Below the pieces are notes generated by a model, which did not search any database, was not told the DNA's origin, and saw only the letters and a list, made by a program, of their open reading frames with translations. The position numbers were made by a program, and so were the translations under genes. A stretch of 59,344 nucleotides of DNA, counting the filler, from Streblomastix strix (lineage: Eukaryota): NCBI GenBank assembly GCA_008636045.1. It is 3 parts of 3 records of this genome, joined end to end, with 100 filler letters (N's around TTAATTAATTAA, not from the genome) between each part and the next. Parts side by side here need not be neighbours in the genome. Positions count along the whole stretch, not along the records: positions 1 to 19,723 come from SNRW01000491.1; 2 more parts are not named here. One strand, given 5' to 3'. Shown here piece by piece: positions 1 to 13,426 of the stretch; within the stretch, counting starts at the first letter, position 1; each line of letters begins with the position of its first letter.

Positions 1-1
1 G

Positions 2-3000
2 TTAGATTGCGAATTACTTCATCACATCATAGATGGTATGATACAATAACCAAATTTGAGATATTCAAACAATTATTTTACTATTTAAACAGAAAATTTG
101 CAACTCGACACAATATTTGCTAAAAAACCAGGAAAGAATATTGCACTTGAGAGTATAATTTCGATTCTATTTGAGCTGCTTATGGTATAATATATTTATT
201 TTATTAGTAAATGTTATATCAACAAATATTTTTATTATATTATTATTTTACATTATTTTTTATATTTATTTTTATTAGTCTCAATCAGAGCATGATAGTG
301 AAGAAACAATGAATATTTTCATACAAGGAATTAATAAACGAAAAGATTTCAAACGCTCTGTTTGTGGGAGAGGCGGAATTCTCAGGAAATCCGCACAAGT
401 CTTTTAACAACCGTTATTCTCAGAATAGATTCTTCAATCTTCTTAATCTGCATCTTCCTTATCTGTTACTCCATCATCACTTACAGCATAATCCATTCCT
501 ATTCATTCACTGTTAAATTTAGTTAATGTGCTTCTTGAATTGACTAAGAGTGGAATTCGTTAGTGGGATCCAATTGAAGCTGATGAATTTTTGAATGAAT
601 TAATAAAGCTTGATGAAAAATTAAATAGAAATGAAAATGAGAAAGATTAAAATGGGAATGAAAAATGCAAACAAAAATTAGAAGATGATGCTGATGAAGA
701 TTAAAATGAAGAAGAAGAAGAAAATAAAGAAACAAAATTCAAGGAAAATATTAAATCATTGGTTTAATTTCTTTCATCAAAAGGATTGAATAAAGTGAAT
801 TCAGAATAATAATCGCAATTTTCATTGATAAATGCTCTTAGACATGAAAATGAATAATTAGAGAAATAAAAAGAAGATTTTTAATCTGCAAATTAGGCAG
901 ATATTGAAGAATTGAAAAGCTAATTGGATATATATAAAGAAGAGATTGAGAAAAGAAACAAAGAATATGAAAGTTAATTAGAAAATGTTAAATAATCTGT
1001 TGAAGAAAAACGAACTGCAGAATTTTAATAAAGAGAACTTGAGGTATAGTTGAATGAGAAAGAAGAAATAATTAAGAAATTGACTGAATCTGAATAAAAA
1101 GAAATATAATTAAGACAAATTGCTGAAGACTAATTAAAAAGAGAATAGGAAGATAATTTTAATAATAAATAACAAGCTAATTCAATAAAGAAATCAAACA
1201 GTGAAATATCAGAAAAGATTAGTTAATTATCATAAATTCTTAATTCTGAAAGAGAATTAAAAGATTGCACATTAAAAGAAAAAGAAATAATAATGATCAA
1301 ATACAATGAAGAACTTCAGAAAAGACTGGAAAGAGATAATCAAATTAAAATAATGAATGAAAATTTAATATTGAAAGAAAACGAAAATTAAAAGTAGAAA
1401 GAGATAGAAAAATGTGAAAGATTAGAAATAATAAAGAATTATGAAAGTGAAAATGAATAATTGATTAAATAATATGAACAAATAATTATACAATAATTGG
1501 AAATTTTTGAAAAATAAATTTAGGAAAGTAATAATGAAAAATAGAAAATATTGAATAATAATAAAACAGAAAATGAATAATTAATTCAAAAATATGAAAA
1601 ATTATTTAAAGATGAAGAAGAAAAATATGAAAATTAAATATAATAATAAAATGAGAAATTAGAAAAAGAAAGAAAATAAAATAAATAAGAAAAGCTTGAC
1701 ATTATCAAATAAAATAATATTGAGAAATAGCAAATATAAGTTAATTCTTAGAAAGACTTATAAGAAATAAAATAAAAGTTTGAATAATAGAATTAATCAA
1801 ATAATTTGCAATTATAATAAGTTAATAAAGATAATAAAATTGAAATAGAATAATTAAAATTATAATTTGCTGAATAAAAATCATAAATAATTCAATAGAA
1901 AGATAAAGATTATGAAATATTATAATAGTATTATAATGATGAAACAGATTAAAGAAAAATATCTGAAGATGAAAATATTAAGTTGAAAGAATAATTGAAG
2001 ATGAATGATGAAGATATTAATAAATTGAAAGTTGATTATGAATAAGAATAGAAAAAGAGATTTGAAGCTTCAAATGAACTGAATACTCTCAAAAATTAAC
2101 ATGATAAGATTAACAAAGATATTATTGAAATGGAATAAAAACTTACAGATTAAGTTTAACAGAGATTAATTTTAGAGAATAAACTCAAAATTGAAAAAGA
2201 AGAGAAAGATAAAGCTATTATATCTTACAGAGAAGAAAAATAGAAAAGAATTGAAGCTGATAAATAAAAGATAATTGCTGATAATATTTTATTAATTGAA
2301 AAAGAAGATAAATTAAAAGCATAGAATAATTCTGAATAATTCAAGAAATAGATGAATGAAGAAATAATAAAACGCAGATAAGCTGAAAAAGAATCAAGAT
2401 TGTCCAAAATTGAAATATCAAAAGCTTAATCAATATCATAGCGTTTAACATAATAAAATAATGAACTTGAAATACGATTAAATGAAAAAGAAGAAAAAAT
2501 CTAAGAATTAATAAAATAAAAAGAAGATGAATTGAAAGATGCTGGATCTAAAGTTGGATTAAAAGAATATGAATTATTTAAAGAAAATGAAGTTTAAAAA
2601 GAATTGGAAAAAGAAAAACAGAAAAGCAATAATATAATACAATAAAATGAATAATTAAATTAATAAATAGAATAAATATTGAATGAAAAAGTAAAGATAG
2701 AAAATGAATTATAAGCTTGCTAAGAATAATTGAATAATCAAACAGCAAAAGCATAAAATGAAGAATAGATAAAAATAAATGAAGAAGATAATCGTAGAAA
2801 AGCTGAAGAAGAAAGAATATAAATAATGGCCTAGAATCAAATCATATTAATTGAAAATGCCAGATTGAAACAGTTATTTGGTGAAGAAAGAACATAAAAT
2901 GAGATTCAAAAAATTGAAGATGAAAAAATTTCTATTGAAAAGGAGATGAATATTCTTTAGTAAAGAATAAAAGATGCTGAACATTCAAAAATGGAAGCTG

Positions 3001-4967
3001 AGGATCATGCACAAATTGATGAATAAGAAAAGGTCGATACAATTTCTGAATTGGATAGATTGAAATAAGAAATGGATCAAGAAAAGAATAGAGCTAATAT
3101 TGCTGAATAGAAAATGAAACATGCAAATGAAATTGCATTAAACGAGAGAGAACTTCTTATTAAAGAAATAAATCAACTATAAAGTGATAATGAAAAAGTA
3201 TTAAATGAAAGAAATCTTATTACTGAAGAGAGAAATCGATTATAAAATGATAATGAAAAAGTGCTATCTGAAAGAGATCAGGAAAGAATTGATAAAGAAA
3301 AATACAAATCTGAAAAGGACAAATTGAAGAATAAAAAGAAAACATTAAAAACAGAAAAGGAATAATTGAGTAAAAAAGTGAATGAACTTGAAATGAAAAA
3401 TAAGCAATTATCAGTTGAGATAGAATAAGAAAAATAATAAAAGGCTAAAGCTCTTGCCGAGATTGATAAATTGAAATAAGATAATAATAAATTAAAATTA
3501 AAAGAAATTTAAGAGAAGAAAAAAGCTTAAACTGAATTAGATAAATAGAAATCAAAGACAAATGAATCCTAAGATTTAGTCAAAGAATTTTAATAATAAA
3601 TAGAAACTTCTCAATCGAAAGTAACTCGTCTTACAACTGAAAATTAACAACTAACAGCAGAACTTTCAAAATTAAGACCAATAACCACTCCACCAAGATA
3701 ATAATCAAAATCCGACCTTAGACTTCAATAAATTCAACAGTCAGGTTTGTTATTTGAAAATATATATTTGAATAATATTAAATAATATATAAATTATATT
3801 TAAACATAATAATTTATATTTTCTCCTTCATCCATTCATTATTTTCTCTATGCAATATATTTCAGTTCTTCCTTCTCTCAATCCAAATATGCTTGTAGGT
3901 ATAAATTCCGATAATTAATATGCATATTAAGAGGGACTAAAAATATTCCATGCAGATAAATTTGGAAAATCTACTGTAGCATTCAATCCCATAATATCAA
4001 GTGGGATTGTCAGATTTGGAGGAATCTTTGATCAACGTTCAAGTTTTGTGAGCTTCAGTATGTCTATATGAATAATAGAGAATATAATGATATTATTTTA
4101 TTTTAATTAATTTTCATTATCTTTTTATTTTCATCAACTTCATTCTCTTAATATATTATTTATTCATATTTCTGGTTAGTGATCGGAATTGCTGATTCGT
4201 CTGCTATCTTTGGTTCTGATTTAGATCCTTATGAAGGAGAAAGTATGAATAAAATATTTTTAATATAATTAAGAGTATTAAGAATATAAATTATTATTGC
4301 AATTTTTATTTTTATTTATTTTATTCTTAATCATTGATAGATGAAAAGAAGACTGTCTGCTATTAATAAACGTATGATTTATATATTTAAATATATATAT
4401 AAATATATAAATATATTATTTATTAATCAATATGAATTATTTATTAATTCTAATTAATTCCTTTCTTTTTTCTCTCTATTATTTTTACTCAGCGGTGAGA
4501 TTTCTCATATTGGGGGTGATATTCCAGGAAACAGTGAAATTTAAGAAAATAAAACTGTTTCCTGTGAAGTTAATATGAGTATTATACCACGTACACTAAC
4601 ATTCTTTATTGATAACTAAGAATAGCCATTGTCTGTGACAAATATTCCTAGTTCGATTAGATTCTGGGTTCGCATGCAATTTATATATATATATATATAT
4701 ATATATAAATATCAGTTTATTTATATATTATTTATCAAAATATCAATTTATTCATATTATTTTTATTTAATTAATTTATTATTTCTATTTTTATTTCATT
4801 AATTCATTCTTTCTATTTATATTTCATTAATTCATAAATTTGTATAGATTTTCCTATTTGATAAAAATTCATCATTCACGATCAGTAGATTTGAGAATAT
4901 TAAATAATCAAGCGCAAAAGGAATTAAAGGCTCAAGAGTATTTGAATGGGGAACAGAATGGAAGTGA
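2..4967 (+). CDS. 5'-partial multi-exon gene: very long Glu/Lys/Gln coiled coil with a C-terminal B30.2/SPRY-like domain
   Basis: With TAR=Gln the exon 279-~3744 reads as a long E/K/Q-rich heptad-like frame; first GT-AG intron at 185-278. The final exons give STVAFNPIISSGIVRFGG...IGIADSS...SCEVNMSIIPRTLTFFIDNQEQP...FEWGTEWK, then TGA at 4965-4967. Confidence 0.8.
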
Positions 4968-5356
4968 GTGAATGAATGATAAATAAGAAGACGGATTAAT
5001 TAGAGTATTAATTGAATGAATGAAGATGAGTCAATTTGAATATTGATTAAGATGTTTAAACTTATTAACTTTAATATTGATTGTAATATAAAAATGAGTT
5101 TAATATTTTGATTTGGTTCAATTTGATATATTTTATAATTTTGTAACTCTTCAATTCAATTCAATGTAAAATTTAGAGCCAATTATATAAAAATAAAATA
5201 AATTAGATAAAAAAATAATAAATAGTGATAAATGATATTAAACAATTTATTAGAAAAATTTACAACAATACAAAATTAATACCACGTATAAAATTACCAG
5301 TGTTTAATATAACGCACGAATAATATTCCATTTCGACCATTTTCAATTATTCTCCA

Positions 5357-8300
5357 TCATTCCTGATGTACACGATAGCTCAGTGTAGCTTCAACAGCTC
5401 TTTCCCAGTTCCTCACTTTCTTATTCCTCAGTTCGTCAGTAATCTTCGGAGCCCAGATAATCATCTCTGACTGGATGCTCTCTATCATATCTGTCAGCGA
5501 GGGCCAAACACCTTATATTTACATAAGAGTAATGCGTTAGATTGGATTAGAGTAATTAATGAATGAATAAATGAAGTGAATAATTAATTTAATGATAATA
5601 AATTATTTAATATTTTGTTTTGAGTTAATAAAATGTTTTATAATTTCATGCCAACAGCAAGTCCAGCAGCCATTGCAGCGCCAAGTGCAGTTGCTTCAAT
5701 ATTTCTGTTTATTAAAAACGAATAAATATTGATTAAAATAAAAATAAGTGATGAAATATTTATAAAAATAAATATAAATGAATAAATAATTAATATTTCA
5801 AACTGAGGTCGAACAACTTCAGCATTTAAGAAATCAGCCTATATGAATAAAACAACAACAACAATAATAATAATGAATAGAAAATAATATTCAGTTTCTG
5901 AAACCACATCAAACCTGCAGTTGCATCAGAAATTCATCTTCAGTTGGTCCTCCATCAACTACAACTCGTTACGGCAGATATTTTTGTATTTCTTTTTGGA
6001 TCTAATTTCTTTCTTCGTCTTTCAATTTCTCATTATCTAATTTCTGCTTCAATTTCAACTATTCGTTTCTTTCTTTTATTCTTTCCTTCTTTAATTTCTC
6101 TTACTCCTCCTTTTCCTGCTTTTTTTCTATTTCTTCTTATTTTTTGTCTTCTTTTTCGTTTGTTTCTGTTAATTCAACATTTTGCTTCTCAGATTCTTTT
6201 TCCTTCTCCATCTTTTATTTCACTCTTTCATTCTGGCGGTCTTCGCCCATTGAGACAAGGACTTCACGAACCTTTAGAAGTGAATGGATAATATGCATTA
6301 ATATATATAAATATAAATAATTAATTATTAAATAAATAAAGAAATTATGTAGTAAATATTTAATTATATAATAAACAAAGAAATTGTCTAGTAAATATTT
6401 AATTATATGAATGATAGAAAAATATGATTAAACTTGAAGAGCGATTGCTTCTTCGAGTGCACGAGCAAAATGAGCCGGTTCTGCCTAAGTAATATAATAA
6501 ATAAATAAATAAATAAATTAATTTAAAAAAATAGAAATATAACAATAATTATATAAAAGATTAAAAATATAATAATAAATCTATATTAATATATTAACCT
6601 ATAAAGATATCCCCACAAATGTAGCTCTGACATCTGAACGCCAACGAGGCGCAAAGAAACCTGAATCAAATAAATAAATAAATAAATAAATAAATAAATA
6701 TGAATTAAATTAATAAATAAATAAATATGAATTAAATTAATAAATTAAATTAATTAATTGTATTTTAAATTTAATTAAATTTACAATATTCTACCTTGAA
6801 ATGAAGGAACAAATACAATATCGCCAGTGTCTTCAACTTGTTTAGCTAGAGTGCCAATATCATGAGGTTGTTCAAATCCCTGAAAGAATAAAATATACCA
6901 TATATGTATAATATTGCATTTAACTTATATAATAACATTTAATTTATACATAATAATACAAAATTATTTACAATATTATTGATTTAATAATAATATTATT
7001 TATTTATAAATTAATTTATTTATTTAATAATATTATTTATATTATAATATATTTATTTAACAATAACACTAATAACAACATATTCCCACACTTTGAAGTT
7101 CTTCACCATCCACTGCACAGCCGCACCAGCTATAGCCACTGATCCTTCCAATGCATAGTAAGTCCTCTACTTCCTCTGCAGATACTCCTTCTTCTCCTAA
7201 CTCTGCTTAACTTATCCAACAGCTGAGTCAAAAGGGTTCGTTTATTATATCATATATTAATTGGGTGTTGATGATGGACTTGGGCTCTGAGGGATATATG
7301 GGGATATTGAAGGAATGGGCGTTAATGATTCGGGTCCATATGATGAGTCTGTGATGATCTGTAATAGAGGTTTGCATATATATGTTGGGTGTTATATATA
7401 TATGTTAAGGAAATGAATAAGATAATTAGAATGGATTTGAATAAGATAATTAGATTTGAATTGAATAAGATAATTAGAATGGAATTGAATAAGATAATTA
7501 GATTTGAATTGAATAAGATAATTAGAATGGAATTGAATTTAAAATTAATATATAATACATATAATTGCATAATTATCATTTATCATACTTTGTCTTTTTG
7601 TAAATTCTTTCCGAATTGAAATGCGACAGTTGTTAATAGTCCATGGGTAGAAAATATTGGTGAATGACCTTATATGATAAATGAATATTAAATATAATAA
7701 TTATTCAATCAAAATACAAATTAGTTATTTTGAATAGAAAAATTTGAAAATATATGAAAAATAATAATATTATTATTATATACCAGTATTCATAAGTAAG
7801 AAACAGCCAGTACCATATGTAACTTTGGCATCTCCTGTTCTATGAATTAAAAATAAATAAATAATAACATGTAAAAAAAATATTGCCTTTTAAATTATAT
7901 TAAATAAAATAATAATACATTTAATATATTATATTCATTATTCGTTATACCGTAATGCCTTATGACCAAGAAGTGCAGATTGTTGATCTCCTAAACATCC
8001 AGCAATTGGAATTCCTTCAAGCAATTCAAGACCTTCCTATCAATATTTATAATGAAAAATTAATATAGTATTTTATATTTATATATAAATAAATAAAATA
8101 TAAATTTATAAATTAAAATACTAAGTTGAAATGTTTCAATCTCAATCGTCCATATATTTCAGATGATGATCTAACTTCTGGGAGAATAGACTAATAAAAT
8201 AATTTATTGAAATAGATAGAAAAAATAAATAATATTATAAAAAAATATATTTATATTAATATTTAAGTTTATTATTCATATATTAAATTCATAATAAAAG

Positions 8301-9102
8301 TCATACCATAGGAACACCAAATTATTCACATAGCCAGGGGTCCCATTTCAATTCTTTTATATTGAATAGCATCGTTCTGGATGCATTAGTAACATCGGTT
8401 ATGTGAATTCCTGGTTGTTCATCTGAATTTATTTAATTTTGTGCTCCTCCAGTTAAATTCTAATATTATAAATATAGTGAAATTATTTATATTTGTTAAT
8501 AGATATAATTAACTATTCAAGTAATTAAATAAAAATTAAATATTTATACATTTATACATTTATATCAATCAAACATATATAATCCAGCTGTCCATTGTCC
8601 CAAACATGCACCGATTCTCAGAAATTGCTTTACTGATTTCAGGCACATTTCGAACAAGCCAAACAAACTTCAGTGCTGAGAAATATGTAGAAAATGGAAG
8701 TCCGCTTCGATAAGCAAATGCGAATTTGTCCCCGTATTTCGATATGTACTCGTCTACAAGCTCGTTCGTCCGTGTGTCGTGCCATACTATCGCATTATGA
8801 AGTGGTTTCCCACTAAACTTGTCCCAACAAATGCAGGTCTCTCTTTAATTCGTAATTCCAACACCGCAAATCTCGTATTCTTCATTAAGTTTCATTATAA
8901 TATCTTATACGGTCTATTTCAGCATTGATATTATATTCATTATTATTTCTTATCCATCGTGTTCGCAATGACCTGCATGTGGGAAGATCTGCTTGTGCAA
9001 TGTTTGAATTTGTGGGAAGCTTTTTCCGTTTCTGTCAAAGACTATCACACGACTTGATGTGGTCCCGTGATCTATACTAAGAAGAAGTTACCGTTTTGCC
9101 AT
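5357..9102 (-). CDS. glpK: Glycerol kinase (FGGY family), multi-exon
   Basis: ATG at 9102. Motifs: [13 protein letters not shown](TAA=Q)[101 protein letters not shown]. Ends [19 protein letters not shown]. Confidence 0.95.
7411..7538. repeat. 24-bp tandem repeat (about 5 copies) inside a glycerol kinase intron
   Basis: Unit GAATAAGATAATTAGA(ATGGAATT/TTTGAATT), with two variants alternating. Confidence 0.9.
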
Positions 9103-10371
9103 ATTTAGCTGAGTTAAATATATAAAAATTAAAAATGTTTAGAATTTGTTATGCAATTTAATATATATATTTATCAAAATTTTAAATGAATAGTAATGAA
9201 AACTATAAAATTATACATTTATATAAACATAATGGAATTATTTTGTATAATATTTAAGAAGATTAAAAATATTAAATTAATCAAAAGAGAAGAAACAGTT
9301 TTTCAATGAAAAGATATGATAATGACTTACAAACTAGATTTGTATGTTACAAAATTAGTTTCATGAAATAAATTGTAGTATAATACATTAATAGTTATTA
9401 AATTTTAATTATTATATTAAATTTTAAAATGTATTACTAGAAAAAATAAACGATTTTATAAAATAAAATTTCTAAGAAATTTATTATTGACAAGTTTAAA
9501 AAAAAGTAGTGTTCACTTAATCTAAAAGATTTGAAAAGTATTTTTAAGAGAGAAAAAATAAATATAACTAGTAAATTTATTAAAGATAATGAGTTATGAT
9601 GAATATTTTTATTGCTGAACTTTTACTACTGATATAAATTTATAAATGCACAAAATTATAATAATATAATAAATGTAAAAATTTAATAACAAAAAACGTA
9701 AATTAAAATAGATTGAATGACATTGGATTCCGAAAAATTAGAAATATAGATTTTAATAAAGATTCAGATTAAAATAAGAAAATTTGATAAGTTATTGCAA
9801 ACAATACAAACATTGCCATAAAATTTATGTAAATGTTATTCTATTTTCAAATTATTCAGATAGTTTTTATTAATATATAAATAAAAAATTGATTTTTCGT
9901 TCTATCAAAATGTAATATTTCATTTTCTTATTTGAAAATTAATGCAACTTAAGCGTATAAACCGAATTTTAAACAAAACAAACATGTCTCTCCTATTTCA
10001 CGCCACAAAATAGAAATCAAAATAAAGTTCGTTAAATTTTTTGCCTATAATTAATTTATTATTATTTGCCTGTATATTTATTACTATATAGTACTTTTAT
10101 CTTTTTAAATTATTAATCTTATATGTAATTTTCAATGAGATTATTTACTTAACATACTAGTTTATAAAACAAATACTCTATTTTTCTATATTTAGATATT
10201 TCGCTTTAATTTTTTACCCATTTGCTTAATTTATTTTTAAGACTAATTTATCAATTTTCATAAATTTCTTTTTTATTTAATTATTTTTATATTTTTTTGT
10301 TTATTTTAATTATTTGATTCATCCAGCATTATTAAATCATAAAATACACATTTTCACTCACAGCAACAAAA

Positions 10372-11572
10372 ATGAGTAACTGCTTAGGAGGCATTTTATA
10401 AATTATAATTTTATTTTATTTTATTATATTTATTTTATTTTTTATGTTTATTTCAATTCCAAATTTATAATAAAATCAATTAGATTAAGAAATCAAGAAA
10501 GCAGCTTAAGATATTGTTTTGTTTGCATCCTCATATCAATTTGACCAGGAAATTCGGTCATATGTATAACGCAATTAATAACAATCAAAATCAATCTCTT
10601 CTATTTCAGTTATTAACCGTTCGATTGATTTACTTGCGGAAAAAATGTTTAATGAAAATAAACGCGCATAAATTATAAATAATTCAATTCTCCTACATTC
10701 TTTGGCAAAACTATCCAATTACAAACTCGATATATATTTTAGTTATGATTAATATCAAAAAACATTATCAATTAGACGTAAAAGCTGAAGTTGCTCTTCA
10801 TTCCATTAAAAATAATCAATAATCAAATAAATAGAATAAATCATTACCAATCTCATAATTATCATAATTCCAATAATATAAATAATAATATGAACAAGAA
10901 CGAGAATAACCGAAAGCAAATAACAAATTGAAATCTGGATTAAATGAATCTAAATATATGAAAAATAATAAAATTAATTAATATAAGTAAATATAATAAG
11001 AATTTGAGAAATAAAGAAATAATTTGAATGGAAATGAGAAAAGAAGAAAGAATCAATTAAATGATTATTATTCTTATGATGATGATGATTAAAATTCAAA
11101 TGAAGATAGTCGAAATGATATAAGAAAAGAATTTGAAGAATATTTGAGGAAATTAAAACAAAAGGAGAATGAAAATAAATAAAAAATGAAGAAATATGAT
11201 AAAATATTTGATCTAAGCAGTAGTAGTAGAAATTCTAATAGAAATATGAAAACAATAAATAATAATAAATAAAATAATAATAATAATAATAAAACATAAT
11301 CTTTGTCACCAGCACGCACCAATAGAAGTTTGAATTATATTTCTCCATCCAAAAGCTCACACTCACAAAGAAATAAATAATAAAGCATATTTGATATTGA
11401 ACTTGAGAAAGCAAAAGCATAAGTATAAGAAATTAAAGATGAATAAACAATAATTGAATAGTAATAAGGATTAGAATTAACGAAAAAGCTTAAAATTGCA
11501 TAAAAAATGAAGAAGACGAACAGAAAACATAAAAATAAATAAGATAAAGAAATGATGGAAGTTTATGAATGA
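10372..11572 (+). CDS. Hypothetical protein, possibly frameshifted or pseudogenised; helical N-terminus followed by an Asn/Gln/Lys-rich region
   Basis: ATG at 10372 and a GC-AG intron 10391-10483 give DQEIKKAAQDIVLFASSY...LLHSLAKLSNYKLDIYF, which hits TGA at 10786. An alternative frame runs to TGA 11570-11572. Confidence 0.45.
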
Positions 11573-11850
11573 TTTGTTATTATTTTTATTTTTTATTCAT
11601 TCATTTCAATTTTATTTTGATTCTTTTAATAACTAATACAAATACTTATTTATTACAATGATTGAGATTGTTACATTTTATGATTAAACTTCATACTTAA
11701 AAAAGATCTTAATTTAATTTTAATTTCCACAGATATATTGAATTTTATTATTAAATGAAGAATTTAAATGATTAACAGAGGTGAATTGAATTTACTTTTT
11801 GAATAAGTAGAAAAGGTAAAAAATATTTAAATCAATTCAATAAAATAAAA

Positions 11851-13415
11851 TAAAATAGGGAAATAGTTTTATATCAATTTGATAAGATGAAGATGAATAA
11901 GATAATCTCAAATAGATTAAAAGAGTGAAATAATTGAATATCAATTTTATAAGAAGAATATGAATAAGATTATCTCAAATAGAATAAAAAAGTGAAATAG
12001 TTTAATATCAAATTGATAAGATTAAAATGAATAAGATTATCTCAAATAGAATAAAAGAGTGAAATAGTTTAATATCAAATTGATAAGATGAAGATGAATA
12101 AGATAATATCAAATAGAATAAAAGAGTGAAATAGTTTAATATCAAATTGAAAAGATGAAGATGAATAAGATAATCTCAAAAAGAATAAAAGAGTGGAATA
12201 GTTTAATATCAAATTGATAAGATGAAGATGAACAAGATAATATCAAATAGAATAAATGAGTGAAATAATTTAATATCAATTTGAAAATATAAATTTAAAT
12301 AAGATAATATCAAATAGAATAAAAGAGTGAAATATTTTAATATCAAATTGATAAGATGAAGATGAATAAGAAAATCTCAAATAGAATGAATGAGTGAAAT
12401 AATTGAATATCAATTTGATAAGATGTAGATTAATAAGATAATCTAAAATAGAATAAAATAGTGAAATAGTTTAATATTTATTTGATAAGATGAAGATGAA
12501 TAAGATAATCTCAAATAGAATAAAAGATTGAAATTGTTTAATATCAAATTGATAAGATGAAGATGAATAAGATAATATCTAATAGAATAAAAGAGTAAAA
12601 TAGTTTAATATCAATTTGAAAATATAAATTTAAATAAGATAATATCAAATAGAATAAAAGAGTGAAATAGTTTAATATCAAATTGATAAGATGAAGATGA
12701 ATAAGAAAATCTCAAAAAGAATAAAAGAGTTAAATAGTTTAATATCAATTTGATAAAAAGAATATAAATAAGATAATCTTAAATAGAATAAAATAGTGAA
12801 ATAGTTTAATATCAAATTGATAAGATGAAGATGAATAAGATAATATCAAATAGAATGAATGAGTGAAATAATTTAATATCAATTTGAAAATATAAATTTA
12901 AATAAGATAATATCAAATAGAATAAAAGAGTGATATAATTTAAAATCAAATTAATAAGATGAAGATGAATAAGATAATATCAAACAGAATAAAATAGTGA
13001 AATAGTTTAATATCAAATTAATAAGATGAAGATGAATAAGATAATATCTAATAGAATAAAATAGTGAAATAGTTTAATATCAAATTGATAAGATGAAGAT
13101 GAATAAGATAATATCTAATAGAATAAAAGAGTGAAATAGTTTAATATTAATTTGAAAATATAAATTTAAATAAGATAATCTCAAACAGAATAAGATAGTG
13201 AAATAGTTTAATATCAAATTGATAAGATGAAGATGAATAAGATAATCTCAAATAGAATGAATGAGTGAAATAATTTAATATCAATTTGAAAATATAAATT
13301 TAAATAAGATAATATCAAATAGAATAAAAGTGTGAAATAGTTTAATATCAATTTGATAAATTTAATTCGAATAAGATAATATCAAATAGAATAAAAGAGT
13401 GAAATAAATTAATAT
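11851..13415. repeat. 67-bp tandem satellite, about 23 copies
   Basis: Consensus AATAGAATAAAAGAGTGAAATAGTTTAATATCAAATTGATAAGATGAAGATGAATAAGATAATMTCA. The GTGAAA anchor recurs at 11925, 11992, 12059 ... 13399, i.e. exactly 22 x 67 from the first. Confidence 0.97.
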
Positions 13416-13426
13416 TCCATATCTAT

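Noticed and set aside
544..735. Hydrophobic Phe/Leu/Ser-rich short ORFs in the supplied track (e.g. 544-735, 2225-2407, 5944-6291, 27420-27767)
   Set aside because: These are antisense shadows of Glu/Lys-rich exons, not membrane proteins.
7322..7619. Repetitive ORFs 7322-7579 and 7389-7619
   Set aside because: They arise from the 24-bp repeat inside a glycerol kinase intron.
9400..10300. Faint inverted similarity in the intergenic region upstream of glycerol kinase
   Set aside because: Matches are almost only A/T and cannot be distinguished from compositional chance by eye.
11851..13415. CRISPR-like or coding interpretation of the 67-bp array
   Set aside because: There are no unique spacers and no cas genes. 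The unit length is not a multiple of 3, and TGA occurs on both strands.
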